Shown: piece after piece, positions 1 to 9,153 of the stretch
Layout of the letters: every line of letters begins with the position of its first letter
Numbering within the stretch: the stretch's first letter is position 1
Assembly: GCA_039806025.1 (NCBI GenBank)
Contig: JBDKLJ010000001.1
Span: 11,378-75,377 of the forward strand
Source of the DNA: Actinomycetota bacterium
GTDB taxonomy: Bacteria > Actinomycetota > Actinomycetes > Actinomycetales > Microbacteriaceae
Direction of reading: 5' to 3'
Length of the DNA: 64,000 nucleotides
Position numbers and translations under genes: made by a program
The notes under the pieces: generated by a model
What the model saw: only the letters and a program-made list of their open reading frames with translations
What the model was told of the DNA's origin: nothing
Databases searched by the model: none

Positions 1-54
1 TCACTCAAGAGTGCGGTTGCCGAGAAGAACGAGAAACTGAAATCTCAAATCTAG
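1..54 (+). CDS. 3' end of an upstream gene (possibly purE, by neighbourhood)
   Basis: Frame 1 reads SLKSAVAEKNEKLKSQI* to TAG at 52-54. Identity is inferred only from recalled purK-purE-LCP synteny in Microbacteriaceae. Confidence 0.35.
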   Translation, partial: SLKSAVAEKNEKLKSQI

Positions 55-104
55 GTCAACGTCGCAGCCCGTTTCGGGATGTAGAACGAGCAGATTCTCG
101 CCAG

Positions 105-1385
105 ATGCGCACTCGCGCCTGGTGGTTGTTGGCCATGTCTTTCATAATTCCTGGCACCGCGCAGCTGGTCGGTGGCAACCGTAAGCTCGCCAGATTCGCA
201 CTTCGAGTGACCTTGGTGAACGTTGCACTCATTGCGATTGCAGCGATTCTGTTTTTCATCAACCGCACCTGGCTGGTGGCAATCTTCACCGTGCCATTCA
301 TTACGACCGTCCTTGGCTGGTACCTCTGGATATTTGCAGCGTTCTGGTTCGTGCTGATTATCGACGCCATGCGTCTAAGCCAGCTCGGTCGGGTTGAGGG
401 CAGATCAAAGTGGATTTTGCTCGGAGCGTTTCTGGGTATCGGAGCACTTGCCGGCGGAACCATCGCCTATGCCGGAAACGTGAGTGTATCCAGCGCCTCG
501 GCAATTAGTTCGATCTTCAACCAGGGCGGAAGCACCGAACCGGTTGACGGTAGATACAACATTTTGGTTTTGGGGTCGGATGCCGGGAGTGATCGATTCG
601 GCGTACGTCCCGACTCAATCTCGGTCTTCAGTGTCAGCGCCACCACCGGCAAGGTAGTGGTCATCGGTATCCCTCGCGGTCTCGAGCACGTTCCGTTCAG
701 TAGCGACTCTCCGCTTTGGAAGGCATACCCGAATGGTTGGAACTGTCTAAATGAGTGTCTAATCAACGCACTCTATAAGAACGTGATGGATAACCACCAA
801 GACCTTTACCCCGACGCCAAAAAGCACGGCTCCACCCCAGGCGTCGAGGCAACCAAAGATGCCGTTGAGGGTGTCACCGGTCTCAAAATTTCCAGCTACG
901 TCATGATCGAAATGCACGCGGTCAGCAAACTTATCGACGCACTCGGCGGTGTGACCATCGACGTCAAGCAGCGCCTGCCAATTGGTGGACAGGCCGATGA
1001 CGCATCGGATGCCAAGGCTTGGATTGAGGCAGGAAAACAACACATGGACGGCTACACCGCACTTTGGTATGCCCGCTCCCGCCACACCACCTCAGACTTC
1101 GACCGCATGAGACGGCAGAAGGAAGTTGAGCAGGCGGTTCTCGACCAGATGAACCCGGCGACGATTTTCTCCCGATTCCAGGAAGTTGCCGCCGCCGGCA
1201 AACAGTTGGTTCTCACCGACATTCCTAAAGACATGCTTTCGAAGTATCTGGACCTAGCCATCAAGGCAAAGAAAAAAGGCATGAAGGTTCTCGATCTAGT
1301 GCCTGAAAAGGGCTACCACCCCGGTAATCCGAATTACAGCAAGATTCGCCAGGACATCGCGAATATCATTGCCAAAAACAAGTAA
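105..1385 (+). CDS. LCP (LytR-CpsA-Psr) family glycopolymer transferase
   Basis: N-terminal TM helices followed by LCP motifs NILVLGSD, RPDSI, IPR, INALY, IDALGGV, YARSRH..SDFDRMRRQ. Confidence 0.92.
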   Translation: MRTRAWWLLAMSFIIPGTAQLVGGNRKLARFALRVTLVNVALIAIAAILFFINRTWLVAIFTVPFITTVLGWYLWIFAAFWFVLIIDAMRLSQLGRVEGRSKWILLGAFLGIGALAGGTIAYAGNVSVSSASAISSIFNQGGSTEPVDGRYNILVLGSDAGSDRFGVRPDSISVFSVSATTGKVVVIGIPRGLEHVPFSSDSPLWKAYPNGWNCLNECLINALYKNVMDNHQDLYPDAKKHGSTPGVEATKDAVEGVTGLKISSYVMIEMHAVSKLIDALGGVTIDVKQRLPIGGQADDASDAKAWIEAGKQHMDGYTALWYARSRHTTSDFDRMRRQKEVEQAVLDQMNPATIFSRFQEVAAAGKQLVLTDIPKDMLSKYLDLAIKAKKKGMKVLDLVPEKGYHPGNPNYSKIRQDIANIIAKNK

Positions 1386-1412
1386 CAACTAAACTTCATA
1401 GGTAACTAAAAG

Positions 1413-2279
1413 ATGAGCGGAGCGCCGAGTATGAGTACCGAAGAGTACGCACTCGAACACGGGTTGAAGAAGGTTGGCGCTCGCCCAAGCCTCGGTCAAT
1501 ACGTGAAAGATGCGTTCAAGCGTCTCGACTTTGCCTACACCTTGGCCAGCTATACGCTCGAGGCTGGCAACGCCAAGAGCCGACTCGGTTCGTGGTGGAA
1601 CGTTTTGCTTCCAACCATTCAGGCTGGAACCTATGGCTTGATCTTTGGTCTGATTTTGGGAGCGAACAAGCCCGACAACTTCCTCCCGTTTTTGTTCACC
1701 GGCGTTTTTCTTTTTAGCTACATCCAGGGTTCGTTCAGCGGGGGCGCTGGTGCAATCATCTCCAACAACGGCCTTGTAAAGAGCCTCTCGTTCCCACGAG
1801 TGCTCCTGCCGCTGTCAATCGTGATGTCTCAAACCCTTACCCTTTTCCCTCAGCTCCTGGTCCTCGCAGTCATTCTTCTTGCAGTCCAGCACACCATCAG
1901 TTTCAGCTGGCTGCTGCTGATTCCGCTGATCGCATTGTTGTTCATCTTCAACTTTGGTTTGGCCATGATCATGGCTCGCGTCACCGTTCACGTGCGCGAT
2001 CTCAACAAGCTGGTTCCGTTTATCTCTCGAATCCTTTTCTATGTCAGCGGTGTGTTCTTCTCGGTTGAAAAGATTTTCACCACCGACAGCATTTACGCGA
2101 CCCTAATCAAATTGAATCCGATCTTCGATTTCCTAAACATCGCTAGAAGCGCGCTCGTGGAGGGTTATCCGCAGCACCCAGAAGAGTGGATCATCGTATC
2201 GCTCTGGGCGTTTGGAATGGCAGCTATCGGTTTGATTTTCTTCTGGAGTGCGGAGGAGCGCTATGGCCGCGACGACTAA
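1413..2279 (+). CDS. ABC-2 permease, TagG/Wzm type
   Basis: About 6 TM segments, SRLGSWW, LVKSLSFPR, RDL, LNP; adjacent to the ATPase gene. Confidence 0.9.
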   Translation: MSGAPSMSTEEYALEHGLKKVGARPSLGQYVKDAFKRLDFAYTLASYTLEAGNAKSRLGSWWNVLLPTIQAGTYGLIFGLILGANKPDNFLPFLFTGVFLFSYIQGSFSGGAGAIISNNGLVKSLSFPRVLLPLSIVMSQTLTLFPQLLVLAVILLAVQHTISFSWLLLIPLIALLFIFNFGLAMIMARVTVHVRDLNKLVPFISRILFYVSGVFFSVEKIFTTDSIYATLIKLNPIFDFLNIARSALVEGYPQHPEEWIIVSLWAFGMAAIGLIFFWSAEERYGRDD

Positions 2280-3045
2280 GAAGAAGACCGAGACTCGAAA
2301 CCCGGTTGTGATCATCGACGACGCTCACATCACCTATAAGGTTTTCGCATCAGGACGTCGTGCCACTCGCGGTAACTCTGGCGGTGGTTTGCTTTCAAAG
2401 AAGATGAAGCTTCAGGAAGTGCGCGCGGTAAAGGGCGTCTCCTTCACCGTATACGAGGGTGAGTCAATCGGAATCATCGGCAGTAACGGCTCCGGTAAGT
2501 CTTCACTTATGAGTGCTCTAGCCGGACTAACCCCGCTAACCGGCGGTGCCATTTATGCAAACGCACGCCCAAATCTATTGGGTGTTGGTGGTCTTCTCCT
2601 TCCAAACCTCTCCGGTGAGAAGAACATCCTCCTCGGTGGTTTGGCCATGGGTTTCACCAAGAAAGAAATCGCCGCCAAGGTGGATGAGATCACCGAATTC
2701 GCTGGTCTTCAGGATTTCGTAGGTCTACCAATGCGCACCTACTCGCAGGGTATGTCGGCACGTCTTCGCTTCGCCATTGCGGCGTCCAAGGACCACGACA
2801 TCTTGATCATCGACGAAGCGCTAGCCGTTGGCGACCAAGAATTCCGCAACCGCTCAGAAGCGCGCATGCGTGAAATGCGCGAAAACGCCGGAACCGTGTT
2901 CCTAGTTAGCCACAGCATGAAGTCGATCATTGACACCTGCACCCGCGTGATTTGGATTGAGAAGGGCGAGCTTCGCATGGACGGCGACCCGAAAAAGGTT
3001 ACCGCCGCCTACAACAAGTTCGTCGGCTCAACCACCGTTGACTAA
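2263..3045 (+). CDS. ABC ATP-binding protein, TagH/Wzt type
   Basis: Walker A GSNGSGKS, YSQGMSARL signature, ILIIDEALAVGD, VSH. ATG at 2263 follows GGAGG (track start 2248). Confidence 0.92.
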   Translation: MAATTKKKTETRNPVVIIDDAHITYKVFASGRRATRGNSGGGLLSKKMKLQEVRAVKGVSFTVYEGESIGIIGSNGSGKSSLMSALAGLTPLTGGAIYANARPNLLGVGGLLLPNLSGEKNILLGGLAMGFTKKEIAAKVDEITEFAGLQDFVGLPMRTYSQGMSARLRFAIAASKDHDILIIDEALAVGDQEFRNRSEARMREMRENAGTVFLVSHSMKSIIDTCTRVIWIEKGELRMDGDPKKVTAAYNKFVGSTTVD

Positions 3046-4022
3046 TGGCTAGAAAAGCGCCCAAAGTATCGGTGATCATGCCGGTCCTCAATGAGGAAGA
3101 GCATCTTGAAGCGGCGGTCAACTCCGTCCTAGCGCAAAACTTTGACGGCGAGCTACTGATCGCTCTAGGTCCTTCGACCGATGGAACCGATGCAGTGGCA
3201 AAGCGTCTTGCGAACTCCGACGAAAGAATTCGACTGGTTCCAAACCCGCGCTCACTAACCACGGTTGCCATGAACACCTGCATCGCTTTGGCTAAGCACG
3301 ATTACATCGTTCGCATCGACGCACACAGTGAACCTGGCGAAGGCTACATTGCCAGAAGCATAGAAATTCTCGAAGAAACTGGAGCCGACCTGGTCGGCGG
3401 TGTTATGGCCGCCAAAGGTAAGACATTGTTTCAACGTTCTGTCGCCTGGGCATACACAAGTCGATTTGGTCTTGGCGGTGCAAGCTACCACGTTGGTGGG
3501 GAAGCCGGTGAAGCTGAGAGCGCATACCTCGGCGTATTCAGAAAATCTGCCCTAGAGCGCGTTGGTGGCTACGACGAATCCATCATCCGCGGAGAAGACT
3601 GGGATTTGGCCCAGCGCATTAAGTCAACCGGTGGTTTGGTCTGGTTCAGCCCAGAACTGCAGGTAACCTACTGGCCGAGATCAAGCTGGCGCTCGCTAGT
3701 AAAACAGTTTTATTCAACCGGCGCTTGGCGTGGTGATCTCACGAAGCGAGACCTAGGCAGAACCTCGCTGCGCTACTTCATTCCACCAGCCCTGGTGATT
3801 GCCCTGGTTCTAGGTAACCTGCTTTGCGTATTCGGGGTAACGATCGGCTGGTTGCCTTTACTGGGCTACCTCGCGGCGGTCGTCCTAGTTGGTTTTATCG
3901 CCAAGTTGCCGCCGGTGCCGCTGGTCCTGGCCACCATGCATCTGTCTTGGGGCGTTGGATTCATCGTTGGATACATCGGCGGTGCGGCTGGAACGCTGGA
4001 CCGAAGTCGAGTGACCAAATGA
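3045..4022 (+). CDS. Glycosyltransferase family 2
   Basis: VSVIMPVLNEE, RIDAH, GGYDE..GED motifs and C-terminal TM helices; TAATG coupling with the upstream gene. Confidence 0.9.
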   Translation: MARKAPKVSVIMPVLNEEEHLEAAVNSVLAQNFDGELLIALGPSTDGTDAVAKRLANSDERIRLVPNPRSLTTVAMNTCIALAKHDYIVRIDAHSEPGEGYIARSIEILEETGADLVGGVMAAKGKTLFQRSVAWAYTSRFGLGGASYHVGGEAGEAESAYLGVFRKSALERVGGYDESIIRGEDWDLAQRIKSTGGLVWFSPELQVTYWPRSSWRSLVKQFYSTGAWRGDLTKRDLGRTSLRYFIPPALVIALVLGNLLCVFGVTIGWLPLLGYLAAVVLVGFIAKLPPVPLVLATMHLSWGVGFIVGYIGGAAGTLDRSRVTK

Positions 4023-5191
4023 ACCTAAAAGCCTATTCACCAACGCGAATTCTCGGTGCATTACGCCGCAGGGGTCTGGCCTACATTCGAAAGCTTCAGT
4101 ACCAGCCTGGTAGGTTGCCAATCCAAAAAGGGGTTGTGCTTTTTGATTCATTCAACGGCAAGGTCATTGGCGATAACCCGCTCGACATTTTTTTAGAATT
4201 ACAAAAAGTTCGCCCGGATCTAAAGTTCTATTGGACCATTGGCGCGGGGACCAAAGCACCTGCCGGGTCGACGGGTATTCGCTTTGAGAGTAAAGCCTGG
4301 CTCGAACTCTTGGCATCCGCAGAGTACATCGTTGCCAACACCTCGCTGCCTTGGTATTTCCGCAAAGTAAAAGGTCAAACATATTTGCAGACCTGGCACG
4401 GTACGCCGCTAAAGCGCCTAGTGCACGACATTCCCCCTGGCTCGCTTACCAAGAGTTACCTCGACACCATGGACCGCGAAGCAGCCGCCTGGGATTACCT
4501 TATTTCTCCTTCCGTTTTTTGCAGCGAGGTGCTTCCACGTGCATTTGGCTACAAGGGCGAAGTGCTCGAGACCGGCTACCCACGTAACGATCGACTTAAG
4601 ACCCACACCGCCGAAGATCGCCAGCGCCTTCGCGCGGCACTCGGTGTGACCGACCCAAAGACCGTCCTGGTGATGTACGCGCCAACCTGGCGTGACTACA
4701 AGCGAACCGCGACTGGCAACTGGGATTTGGTTAGCTACATGGATCCAAACATCAAACTGCCGGAAGGCTTCCGCATGATGTTCCGCGGGCACACCAACAC
4801 CCACGCTATCGATTCCACGAAAGCGGCCGGAAGCGCCATCGACGTCACCAAGTATCCAGACGTCACCGAACTTTATATCGCAGCCGATGTTTTGGTTACC
4901 GACTACTCGTCGGTGATGTTCGATTTCTCGGTAACCGGGAAGCCAATCATTTTCCTGGCTCCAGATCTTGAACGCTATCGAGCCGAACGCGGGTTCTACT
5001 TCGATTTTGAAGCGGAAGCACCTGGCCCAATTTTGACCACCGACCAAGAGGTTGTTGAAACTCTTGGCAAACTCCCAGAAACCGCAAAACGCTTCCAGAA
5101 GGCTTATAAAAACTGGCAGCAGAAGTTCAACAACCTTGAAGATGGTCGTGCTTCGGAGCGAGTTGTTAGGGCTGTTTGGCCTAAGCGCTAA
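4019..5191 (+). CDS. CDP-glycerol glycerophosphotransferase (TagB/TagF family)
   Basis: QTWHGTPLK, GYPRND, YAPTWR, TDYSSVMFDF, RGFY motifs. Start taken at the ATGA overlap (4019) rather than 3824. Confidence 0.92.
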   Translation: MNLKAYSPTRILGALRRRGLAYIRKLQYQPGRLPIQKGVVLFDSFNGKVIGDNPLDIFLELQKVRPDLKFYWTIGAGTKAPAGSTGIRFESKAWLELLASAEYIVANTSLPWYFRKVKGQTYLQTWHGTPLKRLVHDIPPGSLTKSYLDTMDREAAAWDYLISPSVFCSEVLPRAFGYKGEVLETGYPRNDRLKTHTAEDRQRLRAALGVTDPKTVLVMYAPTWRDYKRTATGNWDLVSYMDPNIKLPEGFRMMFRGHTNTHAIDSTKAAGSAIDVTKYPDVTELYIAADVLVTDYSSVMFDFSVTGKPIIFLAPDLERYRAERGFYFDFEAEAPGPILTTDQEVVETLGKLPETAKRFQKAYKNWQQKFNNLEDGRASERVVRAVWPKR

Positions 5192-5227
5192 TAGGCTTAA
5201 AGCGAGGTCCTAGCTATAGGAGGACGC

Positions 5228-5692
5228 ATGAAGCTACGCATTTTGGCAGGATTTAGCCTTTTGGCCGTTTCCCTTACTCTGGGTTCTTGCAGCATGCTTT
5301 ACCCAGGCCCTTCGCCCACGTCGACTGAAACCCCAACGGAGACCCCGACCGAGACTCCAACCGAGACTCCAACGCCGACCGTGGACCCTAACCTGAATCA
5401 GGTTTCGATCAATATCATCGACGCGAATGGATTCAAGGACAACGGATACGTGCAAGTGATTGCCTCAGTCGATGGCGTTATGGAAGACGATGGCAAGTGC
5501 ACGCTTGTGGTTACGCAGGGCGGTCAAAGCCAGAGCGTTGAAGTTGCCGCTGAATCTAATGTCAACTCGACCCAATGCTTCCCGATGCAGGTGCCAATTG
5601 CCTCATTTAAGAACGGAAATGCAAAATTCACCGTCTCTTACCTTTCGGACGCATCCGCTGGAACTAACTCAGGAACCGTGCAGATCCAGTAA
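5228..5692 (+). CDS. Lipoprotein with Thr/Pro-rich linker
   Basis: AGGAGG RBS, signal peptide with lipobox LGSC, (TETP)4 linker, small two-Cys beta domain. Confidence 0.75.
   Translation: MKLRILAGFSLLAVSLTLGSCSMLYPGPSPTSTETPTETPTETPTETPTPTVDPNLNQVSINIIDANGFKDNGYVQVIASVDGVMEDDGKCTLVVTQGGQSQSVEVAAESNVNSTQCFPMQVPIASFKNGNAKFTVSYLSDASAGTNSGTVQIQ
5324..5371 (+). repeat. Four imperfect 12-bp coding repeats (TETP x4)
   Basis: ACTGAAACCCCA ACGGAGACCCCG ACCGAGACTCCA ACCGAGACTCCA. Confidence 0.85.
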
Positions 5693-8600
5693 TGAAAAAC
5701 TGGCTTCGAAAAACACTGGTGGGCCTGCTCAGTTTGAGCCTGGCTTTCATCGGTGTGGTCGCGGCCGAAGAGCCTAGCCATGCTTTAGACGGCAGCACCT
5801 TCGATCCAGGTCTAATCATCTCTGACGCGGTCTTCAACGACTGGGGCACGATGAATGCGTCGCAGATCCAGAAGTTCCTTGAAGCCAGAGTGCCCACCTG
5901 CACCGATGGCGATGGTGGCCCCAAATGCCTACGTAATTACAAAGAAAACATTGTAGGTAGTTACGCAATCAGGGGTTCGCTTCACAACTACTCGCTGCAC
6001 ATCTGTGCCGATGTTCCAGCCGCCTCGAATCAGACCGGCGCCCAGATCATTTACGCGGTGGCAGTAGCCTGTCGAATCAATCCACGTGTTCTGATCGTTA
6101 CCTTGCAAAAAGAGCAGGGTCTGATTACCGCAGCCGATCCAACCACCTACATGTACAAGGCGGCCATGGGCTATGGCTGCCCAGACTCGGCTCCGCAGAT
6201 TTGTGGACAGGATTCCAATTCAAGCTCGCGACTGTTCTGGCAGCTGTATCGGGCTGCCTGGCAGTTGCGCTGGTATGGCGATGCACGCGGAAGTTTCACA
6301 TATCTCAAGCCTGGAACCACGATCAGCATGGGTTATCACCCAACTAGTTCGTGTGGCAGAAAGTCTTTCAAGCTCAAGAGCCAGGCCACAGCCAAGCTTT
6401 ACTACTACACGCCATACACCCCGAATGCCCGAGCCCTAGCCAACCTTTGGGGTTCCGGAGACAGCTGCAGTGCTTACGGAAACCGTAACTTCTGGAGAAC
6501 CTTCTGGACCTGGTTCGGCTCTCCGGTTGCTGGTTCTTACCTTTTGAAGTCGTCCTCGAACGAAAACTATTTGGTGAACCAAGACACCAACAAGCGTTAC
6601 CTAATTACCGACGCCGCTCTCATTGATGACTTCGCACCGCTCGGTCCGGTTGGAACCATCTCCGACGCCTACATGGATAGCTTCACCAACGCTGGCGAAT
6701 TGAAGCGCTTGGTACAAGACGGAACCACGGCAAAACGCTATCTGATTGTCTCTGGCCTCAAATATGAAGTTGCCAACCAAGCTCAGGCAACCGCGTTGGG
6801 TCTCGACTGGGCAGGCGCTCCAGAGCTAACCAGCATTCAACTCTCGATCTTCGACAACCTGGCATTTGCTAAATCTGCAACAAGCGACGAAGTGTTCCTG
6901 CTGCAGGGATCCACCCGAGCACTCATTTCTGATCCAGTGCTGTTGGAGACCCTGAAACCAATTGGCGGAACCGCGGTTTTGACCGACCAGGTCTTGAATG
7001 CATTCACGCTGGTAAATCCGGTGACTTCGCTGGTCATGGACACGGCCGGGTTGCGATACAACCTATTGGATGGCAAAAAGATTCCGATTGCTACCACCAC
7101 CGTAGCCAGTGCGGTTGGCTTGAACTGGAACAATGCCACCGTCATTTCGACAGCGCAACTTGCCAAGGTTTCTACAGCAAGTTTCATCAAGGCCACTGGT
7201 GCCGGCAGTAGTTATTTCCTGAGTGAGGGAAAGAAGCATCTGGTTGGCTCTGGACTGGCTTCCACTGTCAGCAAATTTGGATCAACAGCGTCGGTGTCGG
7301 CAGATTTTGTAAGCCGCTTCCCAGCGGGTACCGATCTCATTCCACTTTTGAAGACCTCTACCGACACCTGGTATGTTTCTGGCACTCAGAAGTTCAAAGC
7401 CACTCAAGCTCAAGCTACAGCGATGGGCCTTGACTGGTCGAAGTCGGTATTGATTACATCAACCCAATCGGGAACTCTCTCGAGCCCGATACTGATGAAG
7501 ACTTCGGCAAATGCCACAACCTACCTGGTCGATGGCTACGCGGATAAGTATCCATTGGCAACTTCCGACCTTTCGATTTATGAATCTTTTGGCGCGGTCG
7601 GTGTGGTGCCGAGCGGTTACCTAAACGCGTTTACAACCAAAGGTGACCCTGGTCGGTTTGTGAACGGCGATGACGGCTATCACTACTATCTCGCCTCGGC
7701 TAAGCGGTATCGAGTTGCTTCGGCTGCCACGGCGGCAGAGATCGCACCCGCGTCATTTGCTGCAACGCCTAGCTGGTCTAGCCTTCCTACTCTTTCAACA
7801 TCCGAGCTGAGTAAATTCACGGTGGTCAGCACTACTAAATACATCACCACCTATATCAAAGACGGCGACCTCACCTATGTGATCGAGGATGGCAAACGTC
7901 GTGAGGTTCTAGACACGGCTAGCTTGAACGGCTACTACACCACGGTCCCGGCCGCTAGCGTGCTGCCAGCCACGAGCTTCAGCGGACTTCCGCTCGGTAA
8001 CCCGGTGATTGCGAATTCTTCGATGTTCAAGGCAACCGACTCTAGCGCGTACGGTGTATTCGTCAGCGGAACGTTCTATCCGATGTCGAAAGAGATGTTT
8101 GAAACCGTGAAGACATCAACTGCCTGGCGCTACGCGAAATCTACCGGTACCTTATCGGCAGCATCGCTGGCAAAGACCACCAAGGGCTCGGCTCTAACTC
8201 CGTTCATTCTCACCGATAACGTGGCCTATCTGCTTTCAGCCGAGGGTAAAACCGAGATCGGCGATATCCAAAATGTGGTGACTAGCCCAACCTCGATTCC
8301 TTCGGCGGTTACCACACTCATAGATCGCGTTGCCGGGGACGCCCTCACCACGCCGCTTGTGGTGAAATCTTCAAACGCGGCGACCACAAGTTACTACGTA
8401 GCAAACCGCTTGAAGCGTCCAAGCTTTGATACCGATGAAGGCATCGCCATCAGTTCACTCCGCTCAAACAGCTCGGTGAAAATCTGGCCAAGCTATGCCA
8501 TCGATGCGATTGCTTCCGGGTCCATGGTCATAGCGCCTGGAACGCTGGTGAAGGTAAAAGAGTCCGGCAACATCTACATAATCGATGGCTGGAGCAGAGG

Positions 8601-9153
8601 CCTTCGCATGACCTCGGCAGTAGCGAGTTCATTTGGAAGCACCGCGTTCAAGACCGTGACTCGTGCAAACTTGGCGGGCTACAACACCACATCCACACTG
8701 CCTTGGCAGAAGGTCACGTGTGCCGGAGTTACCTACTTGGTTGACGGCGGTAAACTCACCAGGATCGATACGGCTGCCATCGCTCAGTGGCCTGGCACTG
8801 CAGTGGCCCTAGACTCAACTACCTGCAGCCGCTACCAGATTAATGCCGCGCCGGTGGGTGTCTTTGTCTCTAACGGTTCGGCCAAGTACAAGCTAATTTC
8901 CGGAAAGCTCAGGCCAATTAGAACCGCTGCCGAATACACCACCATGCTTGGAAATGGCGTTGCCGCAGCCGCGGTCTCCAAGAAGTTGATCTCTGAGCTT
9001 CCCAAACTAAACCCAACCTCATACGTTGTGGTTAAGGGAGACACGCTTTATAAAGTGGCTGTGAAATTTGGAGTCACTCGAGTCCAGCTCCGACAGCTAA
9101 ACAACCTCACCACCGATGTGTTGACCATCGGGCAGGTAATCAAATTACCTTGA
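5692..9153 (+). CDS. Large secreted cell-surface protein: 'hemagglutinin-related' N-domain, internal repeats, C-terminal LysM
   Basis: Signal peptide; FDPGLIISD, INPRVLIVTLQKEQGL, GYGCPD, YYYTPY, CSAYGNRNF; recurring ALGLDW-like units; LysM YVVVKGDTLYKVA...LTIGQVIKLP. Confidence 0.8.
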   Translation: MKNWLRKTLVGLLSLSLAFIGVVAAEEPSHALDGSTFDPGLIISDAVFNDWGTMNASQIQKFLEARVPTCTDGDGGPKCLRNYKENIVGSYAIRGSLHNYSLHICADVPAASNQTGAQIIYAVAVACRINPRVLIVTLQKEQGLITAADPTTYMYKAAMGYGCPDSAPQICGQDSNSSSRLFWQLYRAAWQLRWYGDARGSFTYLKPGTTISMGYHPTSSCGRKSFKLKSQATAKLYYYTPYTPNARALANLWGSGDSCSAYGNRNFWRTFWTWFGSPVAGSYLLKSSSNENYLVNQDTNKRYLITDAALIDDFAPLGPVGTISDAYMDSFTNAGELKRLVQDGTTAKRYLIVSGLKYEVANQAQATALGLDWAGAPELTSIQLSIFDNLAFAKSATSDEVFLLQGSTRALISDPVLLETLKPIGGTAVLTDQVLNAFTLVNPVTSLVMDTAGLRYNLLDGKKIPIATTTVASAVGLNWNNATVISTAQLAKVSTASFIKATGAGSSYFLSEGKKHLVGSGLASTVSKFGSTASVSADFVSRFPAGTDLIPLLKTSTDTWYVSGTQKFKATQAQATAMGLDWSKSVLITSTQSGTLSSPILMKTSANATTYLVDGYADKYPLATSDLSIYESFGAVGVVPSGYLNAFTTKGDPGRFVNGDDGYHYYLASAKRYRVASAATAAEIAPASFAATPSWSSLPTLSTSELSKFTVVSTTKYITTYIKDGDLTYVIEDGKRREVLDTASLNGYYTTVPAASVLPATSFSGLPLGNPVIANSSMFKATDSSAYGVFVSGTFYPMSKEMFETVKTSTAWRYAKSTGTLSAASLAKTTKGSALTPFILTDNVAYLLSAEGKTEIGDIQNVVTSPTSIPSAVTTLIDRVAGDALTTPLVVKSSNAATTSYYVANRLKRPSFDTDEGIAISSLRSNSSVKIWPSYAIDAIASGSMVIAPGTLVKVKESGNIYIIDGWSRGLRMTSAVASSFGSTAFKTVTRANLAGYNTTSTLPWQKVTCAGVTYLVDGGKLTRIDTAAIAQWPGTAVALDSTTCSRYQINAAPVGVFVSNGSAKYKLISGKLRPIRTAAEYTTMLGNGVAAAAVSKKLISELPKLNPTSYVVVKGDTLYKVAVKFGVTRVQLRQLNNLTTDVLTIGQVIKLP

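Noticed and set aside
3824-4018. N-terminal extension of the TagF-like ORF (likewise the extensions on mtrA, nrdF, nrdI, nrdH and whiB1)
   Set aside because: These extensions overlap upstream genes or leaders; downstream starts with an RBS or stop-start coupling fit better.
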